Assembly: GCA_963768055.1 (NCBI GenBank)
Contig: CAVYGN010000001.1
Location: 1,120,001 to 1,184,000, forward strand
Origin: an uncultured Spirochaetota bacterium
GTDB taxonomy: Bacteria > Spirochaetota > Brevinematia > Brevinematales > JAOACQ01
Reading direction: 5' to 3'
DNA: 64,000 nt
Below are positions 60,635-64,000 of the stretch, in pieces. Every line of letters starts with the position of its first letter. Position 1 is the first letter of the stretch. The position numbers and the translations under genes were made by a program. Under the pieces are notes generated by a model. That model had not been told where the DNA came from and searched no databases. It was given only the letters and a program-made list of their open reading frames with translations.

Positions 60635-61870
60635 TTATTTAGTCATTTTCTGATCGCCGGCAATGTACCTTACATATTTCTTGATAAAAGCCGTCAGGTC
60701 GGTTTTTTTTGAATCCTCGTCGTAAATAAATTCGAAAGCCACGTTCAATCCGGCATTGTCGCCGGGAATGTAATGGTACCTTACTACTCTCGAAGGAATA
60801 TCGATTTCCTTGTTATCGGCTTTTAAATTGACCATTACGATGTTATTCTCCTTTATTGAATGAGTAAGGTAAACATTTTTAGTATTGGCCAGTATCCCGC
60901 CAACAGAGAGATCCATAACCTTGAAATCCGAATTACCCTCATCCGATTCTCCATGGCTTTTCACGATTATTTCGCCGAGGATATCTGCCAGACCCTTTAT
61001 ATAGAATATTTCGTAAATGGTTAGTTTTTTATAGGCCGGTTCGTTGGGGACGGAAACCTCGATAACGCCTACTACCCTTTCGCCGACTATGATAGGAACC
61101 ATGGCATATGAATTTATCCCTTTTGTCAGATAGTTTTGCCTTATCTGTTCCAGTATTTCAGGGGCAGCGGTTTTTTTAACCATATCGAAATATTTTTCAT
61201 ATCCGATTACACTGTATTTATCACCCAGGTGGAGATAATTGCTTAGATTGTCAGTATCGCCAATCCAGAAGGTTTTTTTATAAATATTAACTACCTTTTC
61301 TATCGGCGACAATGAAGTAAGATCCTTGAAAAGATTTATTCTGAAGCGGTTTGAATACCTTGTAAGCTCATCTCCCACCATTCCGATGATCTTTTTCATA
61401 TCAGGCGAATCAGTCTGAAGTTCCAGATATATATTTCTTAGTGTTGCCGGAAGTTCATCAATGTTCAAACCTGTCGATTCACCCGGTTTAGTCTCCACCT
61501 TCTTAATATTAAACATTAGGGCGTCGGAAATATCTACCCTTGTGAATTTACGAATGGGGTGGTAAAAAAATTTTTCAGGGAGGTAAATTTCGATATTCTT
61601 AACCGGAAGATTTAATTGTTTAACGTTTGCATCGTCAGAAGTATAAAAATTCCTGTTATAATCAAAAGAAATTCTCAGGTTTTTCAGGGGGATATATTCA
61701 GGCATCTGTTCGAAAAATAATGATATGGAATTCGTATCCGCTTTAGTAATAAACCCTGTGATCATGAAATCTTTATCTTTTTCCTTGATACTGACAGATA
61801 GATGTTTTAATCTGATATTATTTAGCAGAGCGACAATTTCATTACGCTGTGTTATTTCCTTTTCCACCAA
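60635..61870 (-). CDS. PilZ-type c-di-GMP receptor with inserted GAF domain (DUF1577-like)
   Basis: RKFTR (RxxxR), GAF-like GINSYAMVPII..RVVGVIEV, DLSVGG (DxSxGG). Confidence 0.7.
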   Translation of the reverse strand: MVEKEITQRNEIVALLNNIRLKHLSVSIKEKDKDFMITGFITKADTNSISLFFEQMPEYIPLKNLRISFDYNRNFYTSDDANVKQLNLPVKNIEIYLPEKFFYHPIRKFTRVDISDALMFNIKKVETKPGESTGLNIDELPATLRNIYLELQTDSPDMKKIIGMVGDELTRYSNRFRINLFKDLTSLSPIEKVVNIYKKTFWIGDTDNLSNYLHLGDKYSVIGYEKYFDMVKKTAAPEILEQIRQNYLTKGINSYAMVPIIVGERVVGVIEVSVPNEPAYKKLTIYEIFYIKGLADILGEIIVKSHGESDEGNSDFKVMDLSVGGILANTKNVYLTHSIKENNIVMVNLKADNKEIDIPSRVVRYHYIPGDNAGLNVAFEFIYDEDSKKTDLTAFIKKYVRYIAGDQKMTK

Positions 61871-61890
61871 TCCCCCTTTAATATTACATA

Positions 61891-62919
61891 TTATTGATTA
61901 ATCCGCCAAATATTAACCGTTCTATCCCGTGATCCCGAGGCCAGATAATTCCCATCCGGGCTTAATGACAGAGTCATGATATCTCCGTTATGGGCTTTTA
62001 TTTTGTATATCATTGAACCGCTGTCAATATCAAAAACTTCTATATAATCATCCTGTCCGCCGGAGAATACAAGCTTCTCATCGCTTGAAAATATCGCCAC
62101 CGGCACGCTGCCGTTATGACCGGTCAGAACACGATACGGGGCATCATACTCTCCCCATTTCCATACGCTGATCGTAGAATCGGAGCTGGCGCAAAGTATG
62201 TATTTTTGCCCCTGAGATATACTCACATACTCGATAGACCGCTGGTGGTATTTTACAGCATTAAATAGTTCCAATGAAGGAAATTTCCAGACTTTGAAAA
62301 AACCGTCCTCGCCTCCGCTGACTGCAAATTTTCCGTCAGGCGAGATGCTGGTGCTCCATACCTCGTTTTCATGCCCTTTTACATTGGCTATTGGTTTAAG
62401 ATCCGGCACGCTCCAGACTCTTAACTGGCTGTCAACCCCGGCAGTGATGATATACTGATCGTTTGGAGAAACATCAAGGGATTGGATGCCCTTCATATGT
62501 GCGTAAGTGTTGGTAATTCCAATAAAATTGTTCCTGACCGAAACTATTTTAAGTGTTTCATATGAACCGTAAACTAAATAATTATTATCCGGAGAAAATT
62601 TAACAGGTATACCCCAAATATCATAATAACTTTCATTGAAGGTTTTTACGACTTTCCATGATGCGCAGTCGTTAATTATTACAGTTTTATCGGCGCTGCC
62701 CGAAGCAATAAATTTTCCATCGGGTGAAAAATCGACATAAAAAACATACATGTTATGATCAGTCAAAGAATTAATAAGACTGAGGCTGAAATTTTCAATT
62801 TTTTTATTATTTACCGGTTTATTATTAAGATTTTTTTCAGATTTAACGGAGCTTTCACCGCAGGATAAAATAAGAAAAAATAGAAATATCCCCGGTATAA
62901 ATTTAATAATCCTGCCCAT
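61891..62919 (-). CDS. WD40-repeat lipoprotein
   Basis: Lipobox ILS-C from ATG 62919; seven GH/AH...SPDG...SGS.D..V..W repeats. Confidence 0.88.
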   Translation of the reverse strand: MGRIIKFIPGIFLFFLILSCGESSVKSEKNLNNKPVNNKKIENFSLSLINSLTDHNMYVFYVDFSPDGKFIASGSADKTVIINDCASWKVVKTFNESYYDIWGIPVKFSPDNNYLVYGSYETLKIVSVRNNFIGITNTYAHMKGIQSLDVSPNDQYIITAGVDSQLRVWSVPDLKPIANVKGHENEVWSTSISPDGKFAVSGGEDGFFKVWKFPSLELFNAVKYHQRSIEYVSISQGQKYILCASSDSTISVWKWGEYDAPYRVLTGHNGSVPVAIFSSDEKLVFSGGQDDYIEVFDIDSGSMIYKIKAHNGDIMTLSLSPDGNYLASGSRDRTVNIWRINQ

Positions 62920-62938
62920 TAATTCACTGCCTTTAAGG

Positions 62939-62970
62939 AAAAAGGCTATGGAAATATCCACAGCCTTTTT
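62939..62970 (-). terminator. Intrinsic terminator after flaA genes
   Basis: Minus strand AAAAAGGCTGTGGA-TATT-TCCATAGCCTTTTT. Confidence 0.7.
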
Positions 62971-63014
62971 AATTATTTCAAATAAGGTTAGCGAACTACC
63001 TGTTCAGCTTACAA

Positions 63015-63764
63015 TTACCAATTGTCTATCATATCATCGGGGTTCTGGTTCCTTTCGCTGAAGAGATCCGTGTCCGCAGTCATATAATCAAAATAGGTAT
63101 AAAAAGGCCTTCCAAGCTCATCGTCCGGGTCGAATTCAATCCTGAAACCTATGAAAGTAATACCCCTGTCTTCTGAAATTTTATAATTTTCCTGGTCGAT
63201 GGTATCAGGAATATTGATATTGACCTGCTTCCAGCCGACCCATATCATCTTTTCGGACCTCAAAAACTTAGTATTTTCCATATAATCCTTCAATACAAGG
63301 AAAAGGGTATGCTTGAAATTCCTGCCTACTACCCATACCGATACGGTTTTTGTGATTCCCTTGATTTTGATCGGCCTTGCAGGAACTATGCTGACCCAGC
63401 CCCAATCCCTTTTCATGAATTCAACTTTAATACCGAGAACATACTTGTTTTTATCGCTCACCAGGTCTTTAGGACCGCCTTCCCTTCTCATCGCGCTTGC
63501 AATGCCGAAATCCCTCGGCATAAAAGCGGTCCATTCACCCGCTTCTTCAAAATCTTCTATTAGCAATGTTTGAACGAGTTCACTTGCGGTTGTTTTATTG
63601 GTATTCTGATTTGCATTACTCAGAACGGTTAATTCGGCCGTTCTGTTCAAAGTACTGGTTTGATTGCCTGAAGTATTACCCGTATTAGTGTTTGTCGTCT
63701 GCTGTGAAAATGTTGCGCCGTATATTAAAAGAAATGATGTTATCAACAATAATTTCAATTTCAT
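63015..63764 (-). CDS. flaA: Flagellar filament outer layer (sheath) protein FlaA
   Basis: Signal peptide; IEDFEEAGEW, VLGIKVEF, SVWVVGRN, GWKQV.INIP, YFDY; SD ggagg before ATG 63764. Confidence 0.85.
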   Translation of the reverse strand: MKLKLLLITSFLLIYGATFSQQTTNTNTGNTSGNQTSTLNRTAELTVLSNANQNTNKTTASELVQTLLIEDFEEAGEWTAFMPRDFGIASAMRREGGPKDLVSDKNKYVLGIKVEFMKRDWGWVSIVPARPIKIKGITKTVSVWVVGRNFKHTLFLVLKDYMENTKFLRSEKMIWVGWKQVNINIPDTIDQENYKISEDRGITFIGFRIEFDPDDELGRPFYTYFDYMTADTDLFSERNQNPDDMIDNW

Positions 63765-63783
63765 AATCTTTTCCTCCGCCATA

Positions 63784-64000
63784 TTACCATCTTTTATTTG
63801 CCAGATCGTCGCCGTTGAAACGCTCTATATAAACATCGGTCTGAACCTGCAGATAGTTGAAATAACAGTAAAATTGATCCACTCTTTCTGTTGGGTAAGA
63901 CCAAAGTTTTATCATCTGGAGGCTAAGGGACTTCAGGAAGGGAACATGTCTTTCAGCCTGGGGGATATAATCCGGTATTTTTACCATAAGATTTTTCCAT
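63784..64000 (-). CDS. flaA: Second FlaA paralogue, C-terminal fragment (truncated by window edge)
   Basis: WKNLMVKIPDYIPQ...FYCYFNYLQVQTD aligns by eye with the C-terminus of the adjacent FlaA. Confidence 0.75.
   Translation of the reverse strand, partial: WKNLMVKIPDYIPQAERHVPFLKSLSLQMIKLWSYPTERVDQFYCYFNYLQVQTDVYIERFNGDDLANKRW

Noticed and set aside
669..63573. Numerous short ORFs antisense to or nested in recognised genes in the ORF track
   Set aside because: Shadow ORFs with no SD or recognisable motifs, overlapping well-supported genes

Overview
Chromosomal window from a diderm spirochete. Evidence for this is two flaA periplasmic-flagellum sheath genes, a long LptA, spirochete-type lipoproteins and a PilZ/GAF protein; a Brevinematales-like lineage is my inference only. 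It is mostly housekeeping: grpE-dnaK-dnaJ, mrdA, priA, ligA, lptC-lptA, nfi, rho-rpmE-xseA, dnaX-ybaB-recR-carD, mutS2, prfB with a programmed +1 frameshift, xth, tyrS, a sirtuin and class II RNR nrdJ. Accessory modules are: (1) a LolE/FtsX-type ABC permease pair with a LolA-like protein and an outer-membrane barrel; (2) a tightly coupled operon of membrane class III nucleotide cyclase, coiled-coil/beta-propeller protein, TolB_N-like/outer-membrane barrel protein and MATE, which may be an undescribed trans-envelope signalling unit; (3) a cobalamin-riboswitch-controlled cobamide import and remodelling operon (btuFCD-btuB-cobU-cobS-cbiR-cobT); (4) an RCK-type K+ channel coupled to a stand-alone cNMP-binding protein. 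Exported proteins look enriched in T-N/S-N dipeptides, and several gene boundaries carry short 7-9-mer tandem or inverted repeats. I found no rRNA, tRNA, transposase, integrase or CRISPR array. All calls come from reading motifs by eye; no database searches were run.
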